A DNA stretch of 64,000 nucleotides, from IMG/VR virus record IMGVR_UViG_3300030503_000566, positions 1 through 64,000 of that record. One strand, written 5' to 3'. Under the pieces are notes generated by a model. That model was given only the letters and a program-made list of their open reading frames with translations, did no database searches and had not been told where the DNA came from. The position numbers and the translations under genes are program-made. Numbering within the stretch: position 1 is the stretch's first letter; each line of letters begins with the position of its first letter. This document shows, piece after piece, positions 19,481 to 29,613 of this stretch. The stretch comes from a virus.

Positions 19481-20306
19481 TTTTATCGATATTTACAAAG
19501 ATTTTTGACCAATCGAGTGGCCCATTATATCCTACTAGATGTGAAGAACCTCTCATCCCCCCCACTTTTTCCTCATTATTTTGAAAATTGATCATGGTTT
19601 TTCCATCCTGATGATATATATACCCAATAGCATCCAATTCTCTGGCGATAATCTCTTTGAGAATTCCAGTTAAGGCCAGACCTCTTTCTGTAATCTCTAC
19701 ATTTTCATTATTTACCTTTCTAGTGATCTTATTTTCAACGTGATGCATAATAAAGATGGTGCATATTTGCCCCAGAGTACTCATCTCTCTATAGAGGTCT
19801 ACTAGCTCAATTCTAGACCATTTATAACCATAACCTCCCTCTTGATCATTAATACTTTGATAATCTTCATGACCAAATGGCATAATTTTACCCCAGAGCT
19901 CCTTTTTATTAGGATGATCCTCTTTATTCCACCTATTCCAGTTTTTACCTGCATTGGTCTTCATATACCTCTCAGTACCTGTCCACGCAGTCCATGTATC
20001 TACAATAGTAAGACTATCAACAGCTACGAATTTATATTTTTTAGGACTCTCTTTAAGTTTCTTAATGACGGCCCTAAGCCAAGCTATACTCTCTAAAGGG
20101 TTTAATCCATCAGGAATCCTCAGCTTTAGTCCCCTCTTAAAGTCTGTACCTCTAGGTTCTAGAGATATTGTTAAACAGTCTGGGAGGTCTAAAACTGCTG
20201 ATGTTTTACCAACTTTAGCCTTTCCAAATAATCCTAACGTAGCTGGATTCTCTAATATAGCTTCTGTAGGTTCTGAGGGTAATTCAATATCAAATTCTTT
20301 AATCAT
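19470..20306 (-). CDS. AAA_24/Sak4-like ATPase
   Basis: GKAKVGKT, VAVDSLT, GYGY, DAIGY. Confidence 0.85.
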   Translation of the reverse strand: MIKEFDIELPSEPTEAILENPATLGLFGKAKVGKTSAVLDLPDCLTISLEPRGTDFKRGLKLRIPDGLNPLESIAWLRAVIKKLKESPKKYKFVAVDSLTIVDTWTAWTGTERYMKTNAGKNWNRWNKEDHPNKKELWGKIMPFGHEDYQSINDQEGGYGYKWSRIELVDLYREMSTLGQICTIFIMHHVENKITRKVNNENVEITERGLALTGILKEIIARELDAIGYIYHQDGKTMINFQNNEEKVGGMRGSSHLVGYNGPLDWSKIFVNIDKNEA

Positions 20307-20556
20307 TTATCTCTCCAGTTTTGATATATTCAAAGTATTGTTTTGCTATCTCTCTTACTCCTAACGTCCTACCCGTAATATCAGTTATGATTATACCTCT
20401 GGATATAACTTCAATTGCCCTTTCCAGACAATATTTCCTTAATTCTTGATCATCTTTCTCTGGACAATGTATATACATATATCCACTTGTTACAGTAGTG
20501 GTACCATCATCTCCCTGAGTTGTTATTGGGAAATTCCCTTCATTTATAGTTTCCAT
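20299..20556 (-). CDS. hypothetical protein
   Basis: ELRKYCLERA...AKQYFEYIKTG. Confidence 0.65.
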   Translation of the reverse strand: METINEGNFPITTQGDDGTTTVTSGYMYIHCPEKDDQELRKYCLERAIEVISRGIIITDITGRTLGVREIAKQYFEYIKTGEIND

Positions 20557-20569
20557 ATTTGTTTAAAGT

Positions 20570-20728
20570 TTATTTTAATTCTTCATCATCATAAATGTCA
20601 CCAGTTACTATCTTTTTCACCCTTACAGTGAACATATGTCCTAACCCCCAAACAGTCAATGCTAAAAGAAAAGCAAACCCTATATAGTGCTTAAAGTCCT
20701 GAAATATGAATCTTAATATCTCTAACAT
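20570..20728 (-). CDS. small membrane protein (52 aa)
   Basis: MLEILRFIFQDFKHYIGFAFLLALTVWGLG...; TAAATTTG -7-like element just upstream. Confidence 0.5.
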   Translation of the reverse strand: MLEILRFIFQDFKHYIGFAFLLALTVWGLGHMFTVRVKKIVTGDIYDDEELK

Positions 20729-20745
20729 ACGTGCAAATTTAATGA

Positions 20746-21939
20746 TTATTCATCTTTAGGCCAAATATATTCGCTGATATATTGTGATCCTATTCCTCTT
20801 GTAGCTCTATCAAAATAATCTTCATCCTTTGTACCTCTGAGGATGAGTATGTAGACTTCAGGGGCAATAGATCTTAATGATCGACCTATCATTTGTTCTG
20901 CACTACCACTTTGATTATCAAGTTGTACTATAATGGCAGCCTCTATACCATTCAAGTTCATACTCTCTCTCAACATACCAACTGCATAAATATGCCTTGT
21001 TTTACCCTTTTGAAAGAGATTTAGAGATTCTTCAATTTCTTTTTTGGAAATTTTACTATGAATGGTCAGACTACCCCCTAATTCATCAGCCTGCTCTATA
21101 GAACCACAAAAACAGATATACCTTTTATCAGCTAGATATTGGAGGAGTAGTTGGGCAGCATCAGTTTTAGCTTTTGCTATAAACTTCTTACGCAGCCCCA
21201 TAATCTGTATCCATCTGTTATGTATCCAGTTCTGCTCCCCGCTTTCATCTGCTTCTCCTATTTGCTCCTCAAACCAATCTATTTTTTTACTTAGCTCTTT
21301 ATAATACTCCTTGGCCGTCATCATTCTAGCAGTAATTGCTCCCCCTCCTTTAGGTTTTTTAGTCCAAGGGGAAATAAAAACTTTCTTCGTATTTTCTAGA
21401 TCTACATAAACCACATAAATCTTAGGTTCTGGTAGTATTCCTCTATCTATAGCAGTTTGAAGGGAAATATGATACTCATAAAAGCCTGTTTTATAGGCCT
21501 TTATTCTCTTTTTAACCTCTTCTCCAACTGTAGCAGAAAGAGATATAATCTTATCACATTTAATGGTTTTAAGGTAATCTTCCCTCATTTCACTAAGAGC
21601 ATGACACTCATCAAGAATGAGAATATCTACTTCTTCCTCTACGTATTTGTGTAGTGAGGCATAGCATAGGAAGGTAACGCCAGTTAACAAGTAAGTTAAC
21701 CCCCATTTGGAGAACTCATCTCTCCAGTTCTGCTCATGGTTTGTCTCTTTTAAAACTATATAAATCTTTGGATATAAGCAGCTTGCGCTCCTAAGGTTTT
21801 CTATTATTCTGATTGCAGTTAATGTCTTACTAGTGCCGGTTGCCCAAGCGAGAAGGAGATTAAAATACTTATCAGAAAGCATTATTGCATTCTCTTGTAT
21901 CATCCCCTTCTCTCTTGAAGCTTTTTCAATATCAAACAT
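20746..21939 (-). CDS. superfamily II helicase
   Basis: ATGTSKT, ILDECH, LSAT, QMIGRSLR. Confidence 0.9.
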   Translation of the reverse strand: MFDIEKASREKGMIQENAIMLSDKYFNLLLAWATGTSKTLTAIRIIENLRSASCLYPKIYIVLKETNHEQNWRDEFSKWGLTYLLTGVTFLCYASLHKYVEEEVDILILDECHALSEMREDYLKTIKCDKIISLSATVGEEVKKRIKAYKTGFYEYHISLQTAIDRGILPEPKIYVVYVDLENTKKVFISPWTKKPKGGGAITARMMTAKEYYKELSKKIDWFEEQIGEADESGEQNWIHNRWIQIMGLRKKFIAKAKTDAAQLLLQYLADKRYICFCGSIEQADELGGSLTIHSKISKKEIEESLNLFQKGKTRHIYAVGMLRESMNLNGIEAAIIVQLDNQSGSAEQMIGRSLRSIAPEVYILILRGTKDEDYFDRATRGIGSQYISEYIWPKDE

Positions 21940-22174
21940 ATATTAGCATTAAATGGGTAAATCCTTTTGCTTTTGACATTTGAAGAAATGCATTATATAG
22001 ATTAGTAGGCACCCCATCACTTTGATCTTGTATATACATATCTGTCGGCACTATCAAATATCTATCCTGATGATCGGTAACCACAGGTTTATCCTCCTTA
22101 CCTAGGACATGCATCCCTTTAAAGTACTCAAAAGAGAGGGCTAATTGTTCTTGTCTCAACTGTAAAATATTCAA
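21932..22174 (-). CDS. hypothetical protein
   Basis: Coupled ORF (non-ATG start). Confidence 0.5.
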   Translation of the reverse strand: MNILQLRQEQLALSFEYFKGMHVLGKEDKPVVTDHQDRYLIVPTDMYIQDQSDGVPTNLYNAFLQMSKAKGFTHLMLIYV

Positions 22175-22200
22175 ATTATGGATTTAAAAGGTTATAAGTA

Positions 22201-22449
22201 TCAACTATTTGTTTCAAACTGCCATTGCTGATCTATATTGAAATTATACTCTCTTGGAAAAGGATTATTCTGAAATAGATATTTATCTGTTTGAAAGTCA
22301 TTTTCCCCAATGGGGTTACCTACTGTTAATGTTTTTAATGATAAATAAGTACCTCCATTTACATACCCTAAAAGTTCTAGCTGTTTCGTAAATTCGTCCT
22401 TTCTTGATGCTTCTCCATTTAAAATTAAAGAGTGCTTAAATATACCCAT
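22201..22449 (-). CDS. hypothetical protein
   Basis: 82-aa ORF. Confidence 0.55.
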   Translation of the reverse strand: MGIFKHSLILNGEASRKDEFTKQLELLGYVNGGTYLSLKTLTVGNPIGENDFQTDKYLFQNNPFPREYNFNIDQQWQFETNS

Positions 22450-22461
22450 TGTTGTTATGTT

Positions 22462-23532
22462 TTATATTGTTGGTAAAAAATAGGAACCATCCATTATACT
22501 CTGATAGGAAAAACTGGACATATTTGAAGGTTTAGGTAACTCCTTAAAGAAACCAGTTGCTCCTTGCATACCCATCCCTATATTTATGTCACTCTCACCA
22601 TAAGAATTCTTTAGGATTGATATACTCCTGAAGTGCCTCTCACCATTCTCACTTACAAATTGATCTGCATCATAGGAGAGATTCTTAGTTCTATATCTTA
22701 AAGGTTCAAATATACTTAATAATTGATCACAATCCTCTGCTGGTCTACCACTCTCTTTAACATCATCGATGGTTGGCTCGAAGCTCTCTTGCTTACTGTA
22801 GAGAGGATTATTGAGACCTCTGGTAAGCTGAGCAACATCTACAGGAGCATACCCAAGATAGTCCCTTGACCACTGTGCATATTCAGATAGCTTATCAATA
22901 GCTTCTTTTTTATTCATTTTACTCTCTACTTTTACTAGACCATGATGATCAAATATAGGAATAACTACCTCATTAGGGTCATTAGGGTGATAAATCTTGG
23001 TGAACTCATCTATAACTTCCTCAGTCCCATGGGATAAGGCGTATCTCTTAAGAACTTTATATATACCAGTAGGGTTTTGAGGGCCTTCAATAATCTCTAC
23101 CATATTCATTAGTTCATCTATATAGTCTTCGTACATCTCAAAGTATGCCCTCTCTGTGTCATTTATTTTATTCTCCCACCATCCTAACAATTTTGCTATT
23201 GGTATAAGTACTCCATGATCTAGGAAGATTTTTCTTGAGACCCATTTAGCTAAAGTGAGTACCTTACTCCTCTCCATAGAGAAGAGAAAGACTTTCATTC
23301 TTATATTCCTTTTATTAGCTTTACTTCTTATAAAATCAAAGGGATTAAGGATAAATGCATTGTGAACAAATGCACTTTTACCACTCCCACTAGGTCCGAA
23401 AACTAAGGTATATATCCTTTTATTAAGGCGCACAAATTTATTTAATCTAGGAAAACCGATAGGGAGACCCTCATTTTCTCCGAGAATCCCCCTATCAACC
23501 TCCTGTCTTAGTAGTGAAAACTCTGAACTCAT
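22462..23532 (-). CDS. DnaB-like replicative helicase
   Basis: GPSGSGKS, FSME, IFDH, AQLTR, KESG, ILKNSYG. Confidence 0.88.
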   Translation of the reverse strand: MSSEFSLLRQEVDRGILGENEGLPIGFPRLNKFVRLNKRIYTLVFGPSGSGKSAFVHNAFILNPFDFIRSKANKRNIRMKVFLFSMERSKVLTLAKWVSRKIFLDHGVLIPIAKLLGWWENKINDTERAYFEMYEDYIDELMNMVEIIEGPQNPTGIYKVLKRYALSHGTEEVIDEFTKIYHPNDPNEVVIPIFDHHGLVKVESKMNKKEAIDKLSEYAQWSRDYLGYAPVDVAQLTRGLNNPLYSKQESFEPTIDDVKESGRPAEDCDQLLSIFEPLRYRTKNLSYDADQFVSENGERHFRSISILKNSYGESDINIGMGMQGATGFFKELPKPSNMSSFSYQSIMDGSYFLPTI

Positions 23533-24590
23533 TCCTTTTCTTTTAATAAGAATTGATTAGATATTACCTTAAACGAAATTGTCCTCTCTAAGTTTCTCAA
23601 CACCAAGCCCTCTCTTGAGGTTTTAGGGTTGAGCACTGATGGACCATCAGCAAGTTTAATCAAATCTTCAATTTCTTCTGGTAGTTCAAATCTATCACTT
23701 AAAAAAGGTACGTGCTCTATTTGTAGTAGGCCACAATAGTTTTGGAATTTAAACATATTCATATATTGTTGATTGTCAATATCAAATATGTTAAAAGCTT
23801 TAATTGTATTACCTTTAAGATTATAAGGATTTCCTTGAATACCTTCACCTATTAATTCCCCTTGGAGGCAAATATTCTCATTAATTCCTCTCATATATTC
23901 TTCCAACCTTAAATTTCTGGTAGCTTTCCAAAATGCATTTCCTTCAGTTTCAATCAATTCTAGGTTCCTACTACATACACCAAAAGTATCATTATTTAGA
24001 TAACAGGTAAAGGAGGAACCATCTAATTTCTCACTGACATAATATTTACTCTTCTTTAAATTCTCATATATCCCTGAGAGATTTTGTATCCTCTCCTCAT
24101 CTGTTTTCCTAAGGAAAGCTGGAAAATTACCTTTTACTTTACCCCCTAGTCGTGCGGGTACCGGTGGGTCCCACTTAACTACTCCTAGCTCATCAGTTAC
24201 GTCATTCCCAATGTTAAATCCATCTCTTACAATATAATTTTCTGCACAGTCGCAGTATCTTTTATCTGGTAAAATACTAATATCTGGTAAAATACTAACT
24301 GGTAATACCAACCCTTGAGATATTTGCCCCCTAAGTTTAATAGTTTTTAGTCTTAAACCCTCTATATCCCCCATTTTTCTATAGGAGTTCTTCTTCAAAA
24401 ACTCATACTTCTCCTCTAATGGTAGGAAGCTATCTACCTCAAAGTATACACAGAGATCTCCTACCTTAAATTCTCCTTTTTTTACTACTACCTTCCATCC
24501 CCTGACTGTCGCAACCTCTATATTATCAGAATTTGGTATTTCTTCCAAATTCACTATCTTTTCAATTGTTGCTAATTTTCTCTCTTCCAT
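23529..24590 (-). CDS. RNA ligase, DRB0094 family (N-terminal OB/tRNA-binding domain)
   Basis: KLRGQISQGL, KTDEERIQN, EKLDGSS, QGELIG, REGLV, SFKVIS. Confidence 0.92.
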   Translation of the reverse strand: MEERKLATIEKIVNLEEIPNSDNIEVATVRGWKVVVKKGEFKVGDLCVYFEVDSFLPLEEKYEFLKKNSYRKMGDIEGLRLKTIKLRGQISQGLVLPVSILPDISILPDKRYCDCAENYIVRDGFNIGNDVTDELGVVKWDPPVPARLGGKVKGNFPAFLRKTDEERIQNLSGIYENLKKSKYYVSEKLDGSSFTCYLNNDTFGVCSRNLELIETEGNAFWKATRNLRLEEYMRGINENICLQGELIGEGIQGNPYNLKGNTIKAFNIFDIDNQQYMNMFKFQNYCGLLQIEHVPFLSDRFELPEEIEDLIKLADGPSVLNPKTSREGLVLRNLERTISFKVISNQFLLKEKE

Positions 24591-25293
24591 TATTTTCTAA
24601 GGTACTTTTATATATTAAAACTTTCCTAGTATCACTTGCTAAATGACCTAGATGTACATACATATCATATGCTTTATGATCTGGATCAGCTAATTTCTCA
24701 CACTCTAGGTATAGAGCATCTTTTACCGCCTTGCCATTAGAATAATGTTTATGTTCAATTATTATATCGGCAAAATAATGGATGTTATTAATCCTTATAC
24801 CTAAATCTTTCCAATAATTGTCTATATAGAAATGAGTCAATGTGGGAGGAGCCATGGACCCAACAGCTTCAACTATCTCTCTATGGATGAAGATATTATT
24901 AGGGAGTATCTCCCCTTGTAAAAGATCATTACAATAAACAATACCCCTATTCTCCTCTATCTTATTTACTACTCTATCTTCCCAGTTTTCAGTTTGAAAA
25001 ACACAATCATCCCCCATAAATGCAACACCTATAGAGGGACCAAAGTCTCCTCTTATAATTCCTTCAGCTACAATATTTAGCTTAGGTGTTAGCATATATC
25101 TTTTATCCAAAACTACTACAGTTACTCCCATCCTCACCTCTTCAAATAACCTTTTATATTTATTTGTTTCGTCTTTATCTATCACTACTAACATCTCTGT
25201 CCTCTCACCCCTAGTTTTAGTATAGCTATCTATTAGATCCCATAAAGACTCTCTACCTCCTCTTGAGGGTACTATAATAAATACTTTCTTCAT
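24562..25293 (-). CDS. glycosyltransferase family 2
   Basis: IIVPSRG, FMGDD, YCND, HFYIDN, IEHKH. Confidence 0.8.
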   Translation of the reverse strand: MKKVFIIVPSRGGRESLWDLIDSYTKTRGERTEMLVVIDKDETNKYKRLFEEVRMGVTVVVLDKRYMLTPKLNIVAEGIIRGDFGPSIGVAFMGDDCVFQTENWEDRVVNKIEENRGIVYCNDLLQGEILPNNIFIHREIVEAVGSMAPPTLTHFYIDNYWKDLGIRINNIHYFADIIIEHKHYSNGKAVKDALYLECEKLADPDHKAYDMYVHLGHLASDTRKVLIYKSTLENNGREKISNN

Positions 25294-25976
25294 ATATCAA
25301 TCCTTTTTGTTATTGCATCAACTGTTAATACTGCTTCCGGTGTTCTAAGTAGCTCAATAAATGGCTCAAATGTCCTCTGATTTAAATACGTTAGGCTGTT
25401 CTGAAAATAAGACATCTTGTTATGTCCTACTCTTATACTTTCTTCCATCTTTTGTGTCTTCTCTAACTCCAAGGCACCTATCATCTCCTCTATAGTATAT
25501 TCACCCTCCGTAAGTATTTTGTGTATCTTTGGTATACATTGCTCTTTATTCTGCCTGAGGGTTCTACTACCTTTAAATTGTTTACCTTTATAGGTAAAGT
25601 TATCAGTTCCCGGATATGCTTTCCACCATAAGTCGAAATTGTTCACTATAAGCTCCTGCTTTTCTCTTTTCTTCTTCACTATAGATATATTGCCTATTCC
25701 AATATCTGATAGTAGTTGATTCCCCGAAGGTAAGATTTCTCCTATAGCCGAAAGGTATCCCTTCCTTATTAATGTTTGCTTCCATGATTCTCCTCTACCT
25801 GCATTTATATGTTTAGTTAAATCAGTCCCCTGAGCAAATCCCTCTAGTATGAAAATATGATTTAAATCAATTCCCAACTGAAGGATTTGCTCAAAGGTCT
25901 TACTATTGATTGGAATTATGCTCTTTTCTTCCTGTAAATCTAGCGCTACGCCAGTTTGTTCTTCCATAGTGTACAA
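25290..25976 (-). CDS. putative replication initiator/helicase-loader-like protein
   Basis: FDLWWKAYP and TYLNQRTFE resemble the C-terminal motifs of phage replisome organisers. Confidence 0.45.
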   Translation of the reverse strand: MYTMEEQTGVALDLQEEKSIIPINSKTFEQILQLGIDLNHIFILEGFAQGTDLTKHINAGRGESWKQTLIRKGYLSAIGEILPSGNQLLSDIGIGNISIVKKKREKQELIVNNFDLWWKAYPGTDNFTYKGKQFKGSRTLRQNKEQCIPKIHKILTEGEYTIEEMIGALELEKTQKMEESIRVGHNKMSYFQNSLTYLNQRTFEPFIELLRTPEAVLTVDAITKRIDI

Positions 25977-26277
25977 ATTTACTACGCTTTTTCATAGGTA
26001 ACAAAACTACTTTATATACTTTCTCCTGATCCCCATCTTTTTCTAAATTCTCTATCTCCATCAATTTCTGACTGCTCTTTATCTGCCATTCCACAGGAGT
26101 CATCTCCAATCCAGTATGCTCTACCTGCTGCATGTGTTGTTCCTCCTCCATGACTTGCTGCCATAGGATATCCTGCTGCATCTGGTCTTCTGATATTATC
26201 AGGGCCCTCTCCTGTTGAGGTAACATCTCCCAATCTTGAGAGAGCCACACGATTTTCATGTCCTTGGAGTTTATCAT
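25903..26277 (-). CDS. hypothetical protein (overlaps macrodomain tail)
   Basis: Gln/Glu-rich ORF starting at the natural end of the macrodomain. Confidence 0.5.
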   Translation of the reverse strand: MINSKDMKIVWLSQDWEMLPQQERALIISEDQMQQDILWQQVMEEEQHMQQVEHTGLEMTPVEWQIKSSQKLMEIENLEKDGDQEKVYKVVLLPMKKRSKFVHYGRTNWRSARFTGRKEHNSNQ

Positions 26278-26746
26278 ATTCTACAACTGTTAGATCCATA
26301 TCCTTCAAATTGTCATTCATAATGGAGGAAACCATGGGTTGAAAAGCTCCTGCAAGGCCACACCCAACCCAAGGAAGACCTATCTTTTTTCCTGCATAAG
26401 TGAAGTTAATCTTCTTACAGATAACTGCAAATGCATCATAATCAAATGGTATATCACATCCGGGGGAAATATCTCCGGGCCACATTTGAGTATACATGTT
26501 GAGAATCACAAAGCTAGACTTTTCATCATTATAATAGAATGCACTATAATTTCCCATCATGTCAATATAGTTGATCCCCGCATATCTTCTATATTCTCGA
26601 TCTACTATATAAGCATCAGGAAACCTATGTGCTATCTGTGCAGCTATCCCTGCCCCCATCACATTTTGGGTGTTACAACCATGTCCTATAAGGTCAAATT
26701 GGTTTTGTAAAGCGAGAGTAATTAGATTACCTTTAATGATTCTCAT
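26012..26746 (-). CDS. macrodomain (ADP-ribose processing) protein
   Basis: KGNL, GHGCN...MGAGIA, NMYTQ, PWVGCGLAG. Confidence 0.88.
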   Translation of the reverse strand: MRIIKGNLITLALQNQFDLIGHGCNTQNVMGAGIAAQIAHRFPDAYIVDREYRRYAGINYIDMMGNYSAFYYNDEKSSFVILNMYTQMWPGDISPGCDIPFDYDAFAVICKKINFTYAGKKIGLPWVGCGLAGAFQPMVSSIMNDNLKDMDLTVVEYDKLQGHENRVALSRLGDVTSTGEGPDNIRRPDAAGYPMAASHGGGTTHAAGRAYWIGDDSCGMADKEQSEIDGDREFRKRWGSGESI

Positions 26747-27149
26747 TTTTGATAGTTTTAACGATTTTATAATAAATGTACTGAGGAAATTCTCCGAACA
26801 CCCATAGTGTTACATCAGAAAGCCATAAATATTTACTGTTATAGCCTGTATAATATTTACCAGTGATAGTGGGAATATAATCTGCCCTAATGAGATATTC
26901 CCAGTTGTGTGGTACAAATGCTGGCAATTTGTCGTGGATTCTGATTTCTTGAATATTAGGTGTTATAAGGAGGGTTATTTCATTCTCATTATCAGTTGTA
27001 GATGCTAGTTCGGCAAGGAATTTATCAGCCCCTAAAACCATCTGTAAATCAGCTTTGCTAGCTCCTAATACCTTCATATCCTCTAAATAATTAGGTATAT
27101 CAGCATACCACACTCCATCTGGTTCTTTGTAGAATCTTATTTCTTGCAT
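26733..27149 (-). CDS. hypothetical protein (DUF6717-like)
   Basis: WYADIP, MVLGADKFL, WLSDVTLWVFGEFPQYIY. Confidence 0.6.
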   Translation of the reverse strand: MQEIRFYKEPDGVWYADIPNYLEDMKVLGASKADLQMVLGADKFLAELASTTDNENEITLLITPNIQEIRIHDKLPAFVPHNWEYLIRADYIPTITGKYYTGYNSKYLWLSDVTLWVFGEFPQYIYYKIVKTIKNENH

Positions 27150-27238
27150 TATAGATGATGTATATATTTAGAGAATATCCCTAGTAAAACGAGGATTGAG
27201 GAGCCTATTAAGAAATAGATTATGCTTTTTTTATTCAT
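27149..27238 (-). CDS. 29-aa single-pass membrane peptide
   Basis: MNKKSIIYFLIGSSILVLLGIFSKYIHHL*; start overlaps the end of the upstream gene (ATGAATAA) and stop overlaps the next start (TAATG). Confidence 0.6.
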   Translation of the reverse strand: MNKKSIIYFLIGSSILVLLGIFSKYIHHL

Positions 27239-27512
27239 GTTTAATGTTATTTTGTTCAAGATATTGTAATACTGCTAAATATGCATCCACCTCCCCCCTC
27301 TCATTAAAAGGAAAAGTCTTTCTAAAATAGTTTTTATCCCCCTTTCTTCCATATACCGCTGTCCATAAAGGGTGTCTTCCTTTTCTCATACCACTTACAC
27401 CTACCCCATTCTGCATAGTATAAACATATTTATACCTAGAGGTAATTCTTACTCCCATTCTATTTGCTTCCCATAAAAATTGAAGCTGATTTACTCCTTG
27501 TGGTATTACCAT
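27231..27512 (-). CDS. AP2-like DNA-binding protein
   Basis: SRYKYV...WTA...F...E.DA..A pattern. Confidence 0.45.
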   Translation of the reverse strand: MVIPQGVNQLQFLWEANRMGVRITSRYKYVYTMQNGVGVSGMRKGRHPLWTAVYGRKGDKNYFRKTFPFNERGEVDAYLAVLQYLEQNNIKHE

Positions 27513-29611
27513 AAAGTCTGTTGATTGGGATTATGAATACTCTTTTTGCCTTTCTTTTGACCTCTTTCAATACTATCTATGAATTCGTGAGCCGCTTCAA
27601 GATAGTATTTTTCACATACTCCTCTTTCTTTAAAAGTGGCTGATCCATAGTTATTACACTCTGTTGTTCTCCAATAACTTTGATCTCTAGCCTCACAATT
27701 GCTGATTTGGGGACCAGTAGCTTCACTACCCTCATTCTTAACTTTAATAAGAAGCTTTCCCTCATTGGATACATAATATCTAACAACCCTATTGTATTTG
27801 GTAATGTCCTTGCCAGAGGAATCTGTTGCTTCGTAGTGATAGTTTCTAGAAGCTTTGAGACCAATACAGAAGTCTGATATGTCTTCATAGGACTTAAGAT
27901 AATCTTCTGGTGATACTCCTTTGGTAAAATACTGTTCATATATTAATGGTAGGATTCTCCTACTAGGATTCTTATTTAATTCAAACTCTGTCATAAAATC
28001 ACCCTTCTTCTTCACTTTTCCCTCTATAGGCATAGCGATATAATCATTTACTGATTTCTGTACCATTTTGGAGTACTCTGTAAACTCTAGTGCTCCAAGT
28101 AATTGGCCCTCAACTATTGGCATTTGTACCTTTTTCTCCCATGCATGACAAATCTCATAGTATTTATCAAGCTTGTTTTTATCAAAGAGACAAACAATAC
28201 CATCAGTATTGGCACTAACTACATGTATACCGCCTTCTACTTCAAGAGCTTCAATTAGCATTAAGATTTCAAATTGATTACCAATAGTGCAGCTAAACGC
28301 AGCAAAAGGATCATATTGCCAATTAGTAGGCTCATTGAGCTTACCGAAGCCCCCCCCATTCAAACTCAATTTGAGCATCTCTGCTACTCCTTTAGCTCGT
28401 TTATCAGTTTTACCCCTCGCTTTATATGATATACGTCGTACAATAGTGCTACCATACATAGTAAGCCATTCAGGACCCAAATGTGAGGGGAAGAGCTTGC
28501 GTTTGAATATGGCACAGGGATACTGACTCCCAATGTCAGCGTCCATAAGATGCTCGCTCTCAGATGGTATAAGAGTTCTATTTTTTTCATTGCTATGCAA
28601 GCCTCCTCTGGCTAGTGTGTATATAGTTCCATTAAATGTAAATTTGAAGAATTGGCTTCTTTTTTTACCGTCTTTGTCTTTTTTATCCCTTAGTTCTACT
28701 TTAACAGGTCCAATCCTCTCCAATAAATCCCTAAAAGCCGGAGTAGTAAAATTAATGTAATTAGGGATGCAATCACGATAAGTAAAACCTTTTCTAGCTT
28801 TTCTATTCTTTTTGAGATCATATAAAACTCTTTCATTTTGGATCTTTTTGAGCTTCATATACCCCAGTTTATTCAACTCGTCTCCTATTTTCACATCACT
28901 ATAGTTCATAGCCTCTGGGGGTAGGTTGAACTCTGTGATAATGTCAATTCTATCCTGTATCTTGTTTTTACCCTTATACACTTCATTTTCAACATTTCCT
29001 AGGGTATAATCCAGCAATTTACAAGTAGCCTTAACATCATTCCTTCTATAGTGATCTGTCATCTCAAACTCTTTGGGCCCCCATAGCCTATCCTTCGGAA
29101 CCCTATGATTTCCAATCCATTCCCACTCTACGTGAGGTAGGGGCATTTCCTCTATATCCTCCATATCCATAGTGTACTCACACCACTTAAGAGAAGTACT
29201 ACGGGCATCATTATCAAAGTGATGTATTTTGAATAGATCCATTTGTTTTGCCCATAAGTACTTCTCTCTATATGGAGGGAATAAACCATTATTAGTCAAA
29301 TCAATGACATCAGTAGCAAACTGCCAGATTAAGGCACATATCTCAGCCCCTGTTTTATCTACCCATCTCTCTTGGTTATCAAGTACAAATTGGCAAACCT
29401 GAGCGTCAAATTGTACATTATTATAGCCGCACCAATAATTTACAGAAATATCCTGAAGAGCTTTACAAATACTATCAATTTGATTAGTGAATCTATTGAT
29501 TCTCAAATCTAAAGGATTCTTAAATCCCGGGTCACTAATAGTAATAGAAAATTCTTCGAAGAGTGTTTCGATGTCATGGACCTTAATTATTAATTCATTC
29601 CAAGCTTTCAT
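27506..29611 (-). CDS. DNA polymerase family B with 3'-5' exonuclease (crAss-like)
   Basis: HDIET, GYN..FD, DIGSQYP, KLSLNGGGFGK, ANTDG, KKKG. Confidence 0.92.
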   Translation of the reverse strand: MKAWNELIIKVHDIETLFEEFSITISDPGFKNPLDLRINRFTNQIDSICKALQDISVNYWCGYNNVQFDAQVCQFVLDNQERWVDKTGAEICALIWQFATDVIDLTNNGLFPPYREKYLWAKQMDLFKIHHFDNDARSTSLKWCEYTMDMEDIEEMPLPHVEWEWIGNHRVPKDRLWGPKEFEMTDHYRRNDVKATCKLLDYTLGNVENEVYKGKNKIQDRIDIITEFNLPPEAMNYSDVKIGDELNKLGYMKLKKIQNERVLYDLKKNRKARKGFTYRDCIPNYINFTTPAFRDLLERIGPVKVELRDKKDKDGKKRSQFFKFTFNGTIYTLARGGLHSNEKNRTLIPSESEHLMDADIGSQYPCAIFKRKLFPSHLGPEWLTMYGSTIVRRISYKARGKTDKRAKGVAEMLKLSLNGGGFGKLNEPTNWQYDPFAAFSCTIGNQFEILMLIEALEVEGGIHVVSANTDGIVCLFDKNKLDKYYEICHAWEKKVQMPIVEGQLLGALEFTEYSKMVQKSVNDYIAMPIEGKVKKKGDFMTEFELNKNPSRRILPLIYEQYFTKGVSPEDYLKSYEDISDFCIGLKASRNYHYEATDSSGKDITKYNRVVRYYVSNEGKLLIKVKNEGSEATGPQISNCEARDQSYWRTTECNNYGSATFKERGVCEKYYLEAAHEFIDSIERGQKKGKKSIHNPNQQTLW

Positions 29612-29613
29612 AG

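Noticed and set aside
24263-24298. 18-bp tandem duplication in RNA ligase (SILPD repeated)
   Set aside because: In-frame slippage in a variable linker, with no wider pattern
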